Shown here: piece after piece, positions 48,409 through 61,376 of the stretch | Layout of the letters: every line of letters begins with the position of its first letter | Position numbering within the stretch: the stretch's first letter is position 1 | DNA from: Eledone cirrhosa | Lineage: Eukaryota | Reading direction: 5' to 3' | NCBI GenBank assembly: GCA_964016885.1 | Contig: OZ024745.1 | Coordinates: 12,524,001 to 12,588,000, forward strand | DNA: 64,000 nucleotides | Notes under the pieces: generated by a model | Database searches by the model: none | What the model was told of the DNA's origin: nothing | Seen by the model: only the letters and a program-made list of their open reading frames with translations | Translations under genes and position numbers: made by a program

Positions 48409-51400
48409 GGCTTCCAGGGAAGTAACTCTTAGCTTTATAATGCTATACCATGAAATGTTAAAACATTTATTGAAGAGTGGTTTCCCTTGGAAGTCAACGC
48501 CTGTGATATGAATGACGCTATTCTAACCAGTAACACCACTACCACCATCATCACAACCATAGCTACCACAAACACAACTACCACCACCACCACCACACAC
48601 CTCCACAATAACAACAACCACTGTGTCAAGCACCACAATAAATACCACAACAAATAGCATCCCCATATACACACCATCACCACCACAACTAACGTCATCA
48701 CCATAGCAACAACTTCCACCACTAAACACCACTGTGTCAACCACCACAATAACCATCACAACGATCATCATCCCCATCACACACATACATCACTACCACC
48801 ATCGCAACTACAACTACAACCGCCACCACCAACCACTACCACAGCCTCTACCATATCGACAGCACCCCCACTACCACCATCACAACAGTCAGCACCATCA
48901 CCATCACTAACACTATCATAACGACCACTACCCCAACCACTACCTGCACCACCACCACCACCACTACCACCACAGCCACTACCACAACAATCAGCACTAC
49001 CACCACAACCACTACCACAACAATCAGCACTACCACCATTACTACCATTACAACCATCAGCACTACCACCACCACCACCACCACCAGCACCACCACCATC
49101 ACTACCACCACAGCCACTACCACAACAATCAGCACTACCACCACAACCACTACCACAACTATCAGCACTACCACCATTACTACCAACACAATCATCAGGA
49201 CCAGCACCAGCACCACCACCACTACCACCACAATCACTACCACAACAATCAGCACTACCACCATTACTACCATCACAACCATCAGCACCAGCACCACCAC
49301 CACAACCACTACCACCACAACCACTACCACAACAATCAGCACTACCACCATTACTACCATCACAACCATCAGCACCAGCACCACCACTATCACCACTACC
49401 ACCACAACCACTACCACAACTATCAGCACTACCACCATTACTACCAACACAACCATCAGCACCACCACCACTACCACCACCACCACTACCACCACGACCA
49501 CTACCACAACAATCAGCACTACCACCATTACTACCATTACAACCATCAGCACCACCACCACTACCACCACAACCACTACCACAACAATCAACACTATCAT
49601 CATTACTACCGTCACAACAAACAGAGCACCACCACCATCACTACCACGACCAGTACCACCTCCACCACCACCATCAACACCACCAACACTACCAGTAACA
49701 CAACCATCACCACCAGTACCACCAGTACCACCACCACCACCAGTACTACCATCACCACCAACACCACGACCACCACCACCACCACCAGTTCCACCACCAC
49801 CACACCAGTACTACAAATACCACCATCATCACCACCACCACCAGTACTACCACCACCACCAGTACCAACACCACCACCACCACCACCAATACCACCACCA
49901 CCACCATCACCACCACCACCTCCACCAACAATACCACCACCACCACCAGTACCACAACCACCACCATCACCACCACCACCAGTACTACCCCCCCTCCCCA
50001 CTAACCCCCATATCTCCACCATCACCCCCACATCCAGTACCATCACAACCACCACCACCACCACCGCAACCACCACCACCAGTACCACCACCACCATCAA
50101 CACCACCACCACCACCACCACAACCACCACCACCACCACCACAACCACCACCACCAGTACCACCACCACCATCAACACCACCACCACCACCACCACAACC
50201 ACCACCACCAGTACCACCACCACCAGTACCACCACCACCATCAACACCACCACCACCACCACCAATACCACCAACACCACCATCACCAGTACAAAGACCC
50301 CCACCAGTACCCCCACCCCCACCCCCACCACACCACCCGTACCTCACCACCACCGCCAACACCAATACCACCAACACCACCACCAGTACCCCCCCCCACC
50401 ATCACCACCATCACCAGTACCACCACAATCACCATCACCACTATCACAACCACCATCACCACCATCACCAGTACCACCACCACGACCACCACCACTACCA
50501 GTACCACCACCACCACCACCAGTACTACCACCACCACTAGTACTACCATCACCACCAGTACCACCAGTACCACCACCAGTACTACCATCACCACCACCAC
50601 CATCACCAGTACCACCACCACCACCACCAGTACCACTACCACCACCACCACCATTACCAGTACCACCACCACCACCACCACCAGTACTACCACCAACACC
50701 ATCATCACCACCATTTCCACCACCACCACCAATACTACCACCACCACCAGTACCACAACTACCACCAATACCACCACCACCACCACCACCACCACCACCA
50801 CCACCACCACACAAGTACCACCACCACCACCATCACCACCACCACCTCCACCTCCACCACCACCACCAGTACCAATACTACCACCACCACCATCATCACC
50901 ACCAGTTCCACCACCACCACCAATACTACCACCACCACCACATCCACAACTACCACCAATACCACCACCACCACTACCACCACCACCATCACCACCATCA
51001 CCACCACCACCACCACCACCACCACCACCACCACCACCACCACCACCACCACCTGTACCAACAACAACAACAACACCATCTCCCGTCATTGTGATGAAAT
51101 AGAAACCAGAGCTTAATCAAATTACTAACGTTTAAAAAAGAAACTTGATGTCCATAATTGGAATACCCCCCCCCCTACGGTTGTGTCTGATGAAGGCTGC
51201 TGGTTAGACAACAACAACAGCCACGGTAATATCACTAGTAGCAACCACAGCAACTATTATCATCCGCTAAGTTAATAGCAAACTTGATCTCCTCATCATC
51301 ATTAACCACCTCCCCTTACGCCTCCCCTGCCCCTCCTTCTCCTCCTCCTCCTCCTCCTCCTTCTACTACTACTACTACTACTACTACTACTAGATATAAG

Positions 51401-54340
51401 CGGATGCCTCTATGTCCTCGCAAGACTTGCTAGAAACAACTGTCAAATCCCATCAACTCCCACAGTGTAGTTCGAAACATCTCTAAAAAAAATCATTAAT
51501 AAATCATGAGGCAACTTCGATAACAAGAACTGGTTTTCAGTTACAATGATAACCACTGCTCACCTCAACATTGGGAGACCCCGGCATGTTGAAAAGCCAT
51601 CACACCTGATTCTAAAGAGCTCTTTGTCGTTTGTATGAAGATAGACCAAAAACTCCAAAGGTATTATATGTAAATTAAACACCCAGTCAATTTGAGGCTT
51701 CCAGGGAGGTAACTCTTGGCTTCATAATGCTATACCATGAAATGTTAAAACATTTATTAAAGAGTGGTTTCCCTTGGAATTCAACGCCTGTGATATGAAT
51801 GACGCTATTCTAACCAGTAACACCACTACCACCATCATCACAACCATAGCTACCACAAACACAACTACCACAACCACCACCACACACCTCCACAATAACA
51901 ACAACCACTGTGTCAAGCACCACAATAAATACCACAACAAATAGCATCCCCATATACACACCATCACCACCACAACTAACGTCATCACCATAGCAACAAC
52001 TTCCACCACTAAACACCACTGTGTCAACCACCACAATAACCATCACAACGATCATCATCCCCATCACACAAGAACATCACTACCACCATCGCAACTACAA
52101 CTACAACCGCCACCACCAACCACTACCACAGCCTCTACCATATCGACAGCACCCCCACTACCACCATCACAACAGTCAGCACCATCACCATCACTAACAC
52201 TATCATAACGACCACTACCCCAACCACTACCTGCACCACCACCACCACCACTACCACCACAGCCACTACCACAACAATCAGCACTACCACCACAACCACT
52301 ACCACAGCAATCAGCACTACCACAATAACTACCATCACAACCATCAGCACCAGCACCACCACCACTACCACCACAACCACTACCACAACATTGAGCACTA
52401 CCACCATTACTACCATCAGAACCATAAGCACTACCACCACCACCACTACCACCACAACCACTACCACAACAATCAGCACTACCACCATTACTACCATTAC
52501 AATCATCAGCAGCAGCACCACCACCACCACTACCACCACCACCACTACCACCACCACCACTACCACAACAATCAGCACTACCACCATTACTACCATCACA
52601 ACCATCAGCACCACCACCACCACCACTAACACCACCACCACCACCACTAACACCACCACCACCACCACCACCACTACCACCACAACCACTACCACAACAA
52701 CGAGCACTACCACCACCACCACCACCACCACCTCTACCACCACCACTACCACCACCACCTCCACTACCACCACAACCACTACCACAACAACGAGCACTAC
52801 CACCATTACTACCATCAGAACCATCAGCACTACCAGCACTACCACCACCACCACTACCACCACAATCACTACCACAACAATCAGCACTACCACCATTACT
52901 AACATCACAACCATCAGCACCCCCACCACCACCACAACCACCACCATCAACACCACCACCACCAATACCACCAACACCATCACCACCAGTACAAACACCA
53001 CTACCAGTACCCCCACCACCACCAGTACCACCACCACCACCACCACCACCGCCACCACCAGTACAACCAATACCACCATCACCAGTACCACCACTACCAC
53101 CAACATCACCACCACCACCAGTACCACCACCACCAATACCACTAACATCACCACCACCACCACCACCACCACCACCAGCACCACCACCACCACTACCAGT
53201 ACCACCATCACCACCACCACCACCACCACTACCAACATCACCACCACGACCATCAATAACACCACCATACCACCACCATCACCACAACCACCACCACCAC
53301 CACCACCACCACCACCACCACCACCACCACCACCACCACCACCACCACCACCATCACCACCACCACCACCACCAGCACCCCTCCTCCTCCTCCTCCTCCT
53401 CCTCCTTCTTCTTCTACTACTACTACTACTACTATTAGATATAAGCGGATGCCTCTATGTTGTCGCACGACTTGCTAGAAACAACTGTCAAATCCCATCA
53501 ACTCCCACAGTGTAGTTCGAAGCATCTCTAAAAAAATATCATTAATAAATCATGAGGCAACTTCGATAACAAGAACTGGTTTTCAGTTACAATGATCAAC
53601 TACTGCTCACCTCAACATTGGGAGACCCCGGCATGTTGAAAAGCCCTGACACCTGATTCTAAAGAGCTCTTTGTCGTTTGTATGAAGATAGACCAAAAAC
53701 TCCAAAGGTATTATATGTAAATTAAACACACGTTCAATTTGAGGCTTCCAGGGAGGTAACTCTTGGCTTCATAATGCTATACCATGAAATGTTAAAACAT
53801 TTATTGAAGAGTGGTTTCCCTTGGAAGTCAACGCCTGTGATATGAATGACGCTATTCTAACCAGTAACACCACAACCACCACTACCACCACAACTACTAC
53901 CACAACAATCAGCACTACCACCATAACTACCATCACAACCATCAGCCCCACCACCACCACTACCACCACAACCACTACCACAACAATCAGCACTACCACC
54001 ATTACTACCATTACAACCATCAGCACTACCACCACTACCAGCCCACCTCTACCACCACAACCACTACCACAACAATCAGCACTACCACCATTACTACCAT
54101 CACAACCACCAGTACCACCACCACCACTACCACCAACACCACCACCAGTACCACCACCGTCAGTACCACCACTACGACCCCCCCCCCCCCCCCCCACCCC
54201 ACCCCAACCACTATGACCCCCCCCCCCCCCACACACCACCACCACCACCAGTACCACCACAGCCACCACCATCATCACCACCACCAATACCACCACCACT
54301 ACCTCCACCAGTACCACCAACACCACCACTAGTACCACCA
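48409..54340. repeat. Tandem macro-repeat (units start 48409, 51696, 53743) of a unique spacer plus (ACC)n-rich tracts
   Basis: ggcttccaggga...gacgctattctaaccagtaacaccac occurs three times; spacer 51388-51695 recurs at 53437-53742. Confidence 0.9.
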
Positions 54341-54997
54341 CAATTATAAATTAAACAATTAAAAAATTAACAATTAGAAATTAAAAAATTTTTCAAGTGA
54401 GAATCCGGTTTGAGGTGAGCAAAAAAATATATAGACTGAAGTGAGTAAATAATATGGAGAGAGATGTTTAAGTAACAAGTTCTGAGAGCGGTTCTAATGT
54501 CACAGTTACACACTAATTGTTTAATTTATAATTTCTGATATTTGATTTAGGATTTTAATTTTTATTTCCAACTCTCACTCATAACTTCCAATGTAAAACC
54601 ATGATACCTAGAATTAAGTTTATTTTCTTCTTAGCAGTTGATGGTCAGTCGTACTGTCCACGCTTGGTGAGAGGTAGTATTGTGACCTGTAAAAACTAAC
54701 ACTCTCCCATCCCCTCTGGCTTTAAGCTGACTGCCACAGTCGGGATGGGTAGCAGTAAACTATGGTACAGGCCTAAGTGGGTCATTGTTTGGCTGAGAGG
54801 GTGAAGTGACTAAGCGAATTTCGCTGAAATCTGCGGTAACTAATGGTCAACTCCCTTCGGACATGCGCCTGCGCAGACCGGTGGGGGTGAATTGGTACTC
54901 ACAGGGGAACGAATGAAGAACTCAAAAGCACACACTTCGTCCGTTCCCATGTCGATTCAATTTGGATTGCCTCGGAAACATAACCTTATTATGTAAC

Positions 54998-55075
54998 AAG
55001 CTGTCTGATGATGTCACGACACTCGAACACAGAACAGTGTGGCCAGTGTCGTAATTGAAATATATATCACCGCAT
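54998..55075 (+). ncRNA. Hammerhead motif with an extended stem II in a PLE-like relic (54345-55195)
   Basis: GCTGT-CTGATGA-T-GTCACGACACT...AGTGTCGTAATT-GAAA-TATATAT-C-ACCGC; one stem I mismatch. Confidence 0.6.
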
Positions 55076-55193
55076 TATTAAAGGACTTGAACATCTGAAA
55101 CTACTTCGCTTTTCCTTATTCGATATTTACTCCGTCACTCCTATGTGGAAAAAGTACGTTGAGTGCTTGAATTGAATTGCATCAATGTTTACC

Positions 55194-55247
<54 letters not shown>

Positions 55248-55806
55248 AACGTTTGAATATGTGTAATAAAGCCAAAACAATGCAGGTATGGACATAGAAA
55301 AAAGAATGCAATTGTAAAAGATATTGTTGACAATTCGTCCTTTACCTTAGATTTATTTAAATGTCCTTAATTTTCGAGATAATATCTCTTCTTCAGAGGG
55401 AAATAAAGGTCTCAAACCAGCGTTCTAAATATCTTGCCAAGTCATACTGACAGGAAATAGTATAGAGTATCTGTTCTATCTCTAATGTCAAAGAGTTAAA
55501 ATTAGGTGGATAAAGAGTAGTCTCCCTTTAAAAGGGGTTTGTTTAGGGTTTTTTTAATTTTTTTTAATTTTATATACATGCCTGTATAAGTGTGTGGGAG
55601 AATGCATGAAGGTGTAAGTATGTGAGTGTGTGTGTGTGAGTGTGAGAAGATAAGTCTATTCGTAAATGTGGGGGATAGGTGTTATCTGGTGTTAGAACTG
55701 GTTTTGTGTGTGTATGTGTGAGAGAGAATAAGTGGAGGTGTAAGCGTGTGTGTGTGCGCGTGCGTGTGCGTGTGTGGGGTGTGTAAATATGGGGCTAGAA
55801 GCCCTA

Positions 55807-58491
55807 TCAGGTTATAAATTGGGTGTTGAGTTCTAGTCTATTATTGATTGGTGGTTGTGTTTTATCTATAATTAGTGCTTCCTTAATTCTAAGATTGCCG
55901 AGGTTTCTTTCCTTAGTTTCTATCCTAACTGTTATGGTTTTGTCGGTGTTTTTGCATTTAACTAAGTGTTTCTTAAATGAGGAAGCGTTAGTATTGAGGT
56001 GTTCTTTTATTCTTATGTGGAGTGGTCTGGTGGTGCTACCTACGTAGAAGTTGTTGCATTTGTCACACTCTAGTCTGTATACAACGTAAGCCCGGTGGCA
56101 TAGGTCTGTGTCGTTGATGGGGCAGTTGGCTAGTCTGCAGCAGTTGTCATGTCTGGTGGAGTGTCTCTTGGCCAGCCGTCCGCGCAGAGAAGGACCCGAG
56201 TGGGCCAGTTGGATATCCAGTCCCTCTCGTCTGATGGCTCTGCGGATGGCTGTTGTTGTTTCTTCACTGAAGTGTGGGAGCTTCAGGAAGCAAGTGTTAG
56301 TGCCTCGGGTGTGGTGTCCTCTGTTCTTTCTGGCACGGTTTGTGGTGGATGTCGTGTATCCGTTCAGTTTGAGTACTTCCAGGAAATGTGTGGTGTGTGT
56401 GTCTCGGTCTCTAGCGTCTGTGCATTTGTACCGGATACGTGCCAGTTCGTTCCTTCTGTATCCGAACTTGGCACCGAGTGGGAGGGCCGATCTGAAATGT
56501 ACGAACAGGTCCCTGCTGGCGGCTTTTTTATAGAAGCAGGTGTGGATGTTGCCTTCCTCTGTTACCCTTAGTTGGAAGTCCAGTAGGGATAGGGATCCGC
56601 GGTCATCGGGGTGTTCCATGCTGAACTTTATACTGGCGTCCATGCTGGAGAATGTTGTGTATATTTTATCTGCCTCCTCACGGGATGATGTAAGGATGAG
56701 TATGTCATCTACATATCGGGTGAAGAAGGCATGGAAATGGCAGGTGTTGAGGGCTCGGCATTCTAGCTGGTTCATGTAGGTGATGGCCAGCAGGCCCGAT
56801 AGGCTGGATCCCATGGGTAATCCTGTTGTCTGTCTGTATGTGTGGTGGTGGAAGGTGAAGTACGTGTTGTCTACTGTGAAGGACAAAAGCTGGTGTATGT
56901 CCGTCGGGTGGAGGCCGTAGCAGTGGATGTCCTCTGCGACCACGCAGTCCGTCAATAAATCGACAGCTGGATGAGCGGGGACTGTAGTGTAGAGGGAGAC
57001 AACGTCGAGGCTAAAAGCGTATTTATTTAGTTTAAGTTGTTCTGGCTGGAGTTGGTGTAGTCTACGTATAACTTCGTCGGAGCTACTGATATGCCCGGGA
57101 AAGGTGGAGAGTAGAGGCTTGAGGACCTGGGAGAGGAGCCAGGAAATTTTGTATAGGGGTCCTTCTATGCTAGAGACGATGGGTCTTATTTGCGTCTTAG
57201 TACTATTCTTGTGGGTCTTGATGAGGTGGTAGAAAGTGGGCAGTCTGCTATTTCTAGTGGTGTAGTTGAGCTTAACTTTATTTGGGAGTTTTCTTCTCCT
57301 AGAGATATCGAACCAAATGGAGTTGGTCTGTTTTTCGATCTGGGCTGCAGTCATGTCCGGGATCACTGTGTATAATTCACTGTCGCTTAGGTGTTCAAAG
57401 GCTAGGTTATTGTATGTGTCTTGAGAGATGACGAAAAACTCTTTACCTTTGTCGGATGGTAAGTATATAAGTTCTCTATTCCGTAGGTTCTTCAGGGCGA
57501 GTTGTTGTGTCCTGGAGAGGTTTGGGGCTATCTTCTTCTGTTTCCGTAAGATGTTAAATACGGAATGTTTTAGTCTCGAGAGTTTTTCTTCAAGCTCGCG
57601 GTTGGCAGGCGGTGGACAGAGTGGGCGATCTAGTTGGTATATCGGGAATCTGGGTTTGATGGATTCCGTGCTGTTGTTGTCGAGAGTCGATATCCATTTT
57701 AGTTGGTAGGCAACCCGACAGAAATTCGTTTCTATGTCGAGCCATAGTTTGTCGTCCAGTCTCTGTTTCAATATGAACTTGGGACCCAGGCTGAGGAGGT
57801 CTAATTCCTCTCGGGAGAGGGTTCCTGTCAAGTCTGTGAAGAGGTGTTTTGCGTCAGGTGTGTTGTTGGTCGGGGCGCCGCTAGGTTCGGTGTTGGTACC
57901 GTCTTGTTCGCCTCTGTTGGTGTTTAGAGTTGGGATGTTGTTAAGACAGTTGGCCGTCCTGAGTTTGAGAAATTTTTGCGTTAGACGTATTTTCTCGTAG
58001 TCTCGGCGGTGGTGGTATGACCTGTCTATAGTGGCGGAGATGACTCTGGACAGAGGTTCTGGGGTGTCAGCAACTTGTGGTACAAGGCTGGAAATAGTCC
58101 GTATGTGATGTTGTAGCGTGCGGTGTAGGTGTTGTATGAGTTTTCTTAGGCAGAATTTTTGTATGTAACTAAGTGATCGTTTGAGGCCTGGTGATTTGAA
58201 GCATGTTGGTAGGTGCAAATTGTTGATAGTTTTGGGGATGATGTTGTTATTCAGGCATCGTTTTAGGAAGTTTATTTGGCAGCCGGCTTTGGCGCGCTTT
58301 TCAGATAGCTGGAAGAGTTTCTTTACAGTTGTGAACTGGGCCTGGCTCAGGCGTAAGGAAAGGAGGAGGTTATAGTTCACTTGAAGTATTGTGTAATGAG
58401 GTATAAACGTTTGAATATGTGTAATAAAGCCAAAACAATGCAGGTATGGACATAGAAAAAAGAATGCAATTGTAAAAGATATTGTTGACAA
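55807..58491 (-). CDS. PLE polyprotein: reverse transcriptase + Cys-rich linker + GIY-YIG endonuclease (894 codons, uninterrupted)
   Basis: LGPKF, PSDKG, KTHK...RPIVS, SLDVVSLYT, GLPMGSSLS, RYVDD, LLDF, VVYRLECDKC..FYVGST..LHIRIKEH, IKEALII...INNR. Start codon uncertain (TTG). Confidence 0.93.
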   Translation of the reverse strand: MSTISFTIAFFFLCPYLHCFGFITHIQTFIPHYTILQVNYNLLLSLRLSQAQFTTVKKLFQLSEKRAKAGCQINFLKRCLNNNIIPKTINNLHLPTCFKSPGLKRSLSYIQKFCLRKLIQHLHRTLQHHIRTISSLVPQVADTPEPLSRVISATIDRSYHHRRDYEKIRLTQKFLKLRTANCLNNIPTLNTNRGEQDGTNTEPSGAPTNNTPDAKHLFTDLTGTLSREELDLLSLGPKFILKQRLDDKLWLDIETNFCRVAYQLKWISTLDNNSTESIKPRFPIYQLDRPLCPPPANRELEEKLSRLKHSVFNILRKQKKIAPNLSRTQQLALKNLRNRELIYLPSDKGKEFFVISQDTYNNLAFEHLSDSELYTVIPDMTAAQIEKQTNSIWFDISRRRKLPNKVKLNYTTRNSRLPTFYHLIKTHKNSTKTQIRPIVSSIEGPLYKISWLLSQVLKPLLSTFPGHISSSDEVIRRLHQLQPEQLKLNKYAFSLDVVSLYTTVPAHPAVDLLTDCVVAEDIHCYGLHPTDIHQLLSFTVDNTYFTFHHHTYRQTTGLPMGSSLSGLLAITYMNQLECRALNTCHFHAFFTRYVDDILILTSSREEADKIYTTFSSMDASIKFSMEHPDDRGSLSLLDFQLRVTEEGNIHTCFYKKAASRDLFVHFRSALPLGAKFGYRRNELARIRYKCTDARDRDTHTTHFLEVLKLNGYTTSTTNRARKNRGHHTRGTNTCFLKLPHFSEETTTAIRRAIRREGLDIQLAHSGPSLRGRLAKRHSTRHDNCCRLANCPINDTDLCHRAYVVYRLECDKCNNFYVGSTTRPLHIRIKEHLNTNASSFKKHLVKCKNTDKTITVRIETKERNLGNLRIKEALIIDKTQPPINNRLELNTQFIT

Positions 58492-60002
58492 TTCGTCCTT
58501 TACCTTAGATTTATTTAAATATCCTTAATTTTCGAGATAATATCTCTTCTTCAGGGGGAAATAAAGGTCTCAAACCAGCGTTCTAAATATCTTGCCAAGC
58601 CATGCTGACAGGAAATAGTATAGAGTATCTGTTCTATCTCTAATGTCAAAGAGTTAAAATTAGGTGGATAAAGAGTAGTCTCCCTTTAAAAGGGGGTTTG
58701 TTTAGGTTTTTTTTTATTTTTTTTAATTTTATATACATGCCTGTATAAGTGTGTGGGAGAATGCATGAAGGTGTAAGTATGTGAGTGTGTGTGTGTGAGT
58801 GTGAGAAGATAAGTCTATTCGTAAATGTGGGGGATAGGTGTTATCTGGTGTTAGAACTGGTTTTGTGTGTGTATGTGTGAGAGAGAATAAGTGGAGGTGT
58901 AAACGTGTGTGTGTGTGGGGTGTGTCAATATGGGGCTAGAAGCCCTATCAGGTTATAAATTGGGTGTTGAGTTCTAGTCTATTATTGATTGGTGGTTGTG
59001 TTTTATCTATAATTAGTGCTTCCTTAATTCTGAGATTGCCGAGGTTTCTTTCCTTAGTTTCTATCCTAACTGTTATGGTTTTGTCGGTGTTTTTGCATTT
59101 AACTAGGTGTTTCTTAAATGAGGAAGCGTTAGTATTGAGGTGTTCTTTTATTCTTATGTGGAGTGGTCTGGTGGTGCTACCTACGTAGAAGTTGTTGCAT
59201 TTGTCACACTCTAGTCTGTATACAACGTAAGCCCGGTGGCATAGGTCTGTGTCGTTGATGGGGCAGTTAGCTAGTCTGCAGCAGTTGTCATGCCTGGTGG
59301 AGTGTCTCTTGGCCAGCCGTCCGCGCAGAGAAGGACCCGAGTGGACCTGTTGGATATCCAGTCCCTCTCGTCTGATGGCTCTGCGGATGGCTGTTGTTGT
59401 TTCTTCACTGAAGTGTGGGAGCTTCAGGAAGCAAGTGTTAGTGCCTCGGGTGTGGTGTCCTCTGTTCTTTCTGGCACGGTTTGTGGTGGATGTCGTGTAT
59501 CCGTTCAGTTTGAGTACTTCCAGGAGAATTAAGGAAGCACTAATTATAGATAAAACACAACCACCAACCAATAATAGACTAGAACTCAACACCCAATTTA
59601 TAACCTGATAGGGCTTCTAGCCCCATATTTACACACCCGACACACACACACGCACGCACACACACACACGCTTACACCTCTACTTATTCTCTCTCACACA
59701 TACACACACAAAACCAGTTCTAACACCAGATAACACCTATCCCCCACATTTACGAATAGACTTATCTTCTCACACTCACACACACACACTCACATACTTA
59801 CACCTTCATGCATTCTCCCACACACTTATACAGGCATGTATATAAAATAATAAAAAAAAAACCCTAAACAAACCCCTTTTAAAGGGAGACTACTCTTTAT
59901 CCACCTAATTTTAACTCTTTGACATTAGAGTTAGAACAGATACTCTATACTATTTCCTGTCAGCATGGCTTGGCAAGATATTTAGAACGCTGGTTTGAGA
60001 CC

Positions 60003-60058
60003 TTTATTTCCCTCTGAAGAAGAGATATTATCTCGAAAATTAAGGACATTTAAATAAA
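60003..60058 (+). ncRNA. Minimal hammerhead in the PLE pseudo-LTR; copies at 55352-55407 (-) and 58510-58565 (-)
   Basis: TTTATTTCCCT-CTGAAGA-A-GAGAT-ATT-ATCTC-GAAA-ATT-A-AGG...AAATAAA; palindromic AATT stem III. Confidence 0.7.
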
Positions 60059-60216
60059 TCTAAGGTAAAGGACGAATTGTCAACAATATCTTTTACAATT
60101 GCATTCTTTTTTCTATGTCCATACCTGCATTGTTTTGGCTTTATTACACATATTCAAACGTTTATACCTCATTACACAATGCTTCAAGTGAACTATAACC
60201 TCCTCCATATATATAC

Positions 60217-60545
<329 letters not shown>

Positions 60546-60643
60546 AGATCAAATGATGGTTAAAAGATTTCCAAGTATTTTACTATGCGCATTTCAAAAA
60601 CAAATATCATCATGGGATGATATCTGCGTTCTCATCAGAGAAA

Positions 60644-60712
60644 ATTTTATCTGATGAGAACGCAGATATCATCCCATGATGATATTTGTTTTTGAAATGC
60701 GCATAATAAAAT
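60644..60712 (+). ncRNA. Type I hammerhead with a 16-bp stem II; mirror copy 60577-60645 (-) in a spacerless palindrome 60555-60734
   Basis: ATTTTAT-CTGATGA-GAACGCAGATATCATC-CCAT-GATGATATTTGTTTTT-GAAA-TGCGCAT-A-ATAAAAT. Confidence 0.8.
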
Positions 60713-60834
60713 ACTTGGAACTCTTTTAACCATCTGTTGATTTTATATTATTTATATTCCAGTCCTTCAAACTGTAGAGTGCTACTTATCCGATATTTGC
60801 ATTGCTTTATTATGCTACAATAAAACTTATCTCC

Positions 60835-60893
<59 letters not shown>

Positions 60894-61159
60894 TAGCTTT
60901 GCGGTCAAGGTTTTCGAATCATGGCCGCAAGGCGATAAGTTGGATTCTCTGAGTAGGTGGCACGTTGTGTCCTTGAGCAAGGCACTTTATTTCATGTCAT
61001 ATATATTATATATATATATATATACATATATCAGGGCGAAGGGTCCATGCATTCAACGCATGCAGTGCATGCGTTATAGAATCTTGAGTTGATCAATTGC
61101 GTCGGTTGAAGCCAGCAGAATTTTGGCTGCTTACTAAAACGTATAGACACAAAAAGATA

Positions 61160-61216
<57 letters not shown>

Positions 61217-61299
61217 CACAAACACATACACACAAACACACGACAGCTTTGGGGCAAGCAGAATTTTGACCGCTTACTAAATCGTAGACACATAAAAAG

Positions 61300-61342
<43 letters not shown>

Positions 61343-61376
61343 ACAAACACACACACACATACACACAAACACACGA

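Larger units (their letters stand above)
55244..60206 (-). mobile_element. Penelope-like retroelement with tandem pseudo-LTRs and an inverted terminal copy, inserted in (TA)n
   Basis: 55244-56384 is directly repeated at 58402-59525; 59525-60206 is an inverted copy of pLTR sequence; (TA)n on both sides. Confidence 0.95.

Noticed and set aside
48848-54341. Poly-Val/Gly/Trp minus-strand ORFs
   Set aside because: Stop-free reading of (GGT)n repeats.
58948-59608. 214-aa stand-alone GIY-YIG ORF
   Set aside because: Partial tandem copy of the PLE 3' end fused to the inverted segment; not an independent gene.
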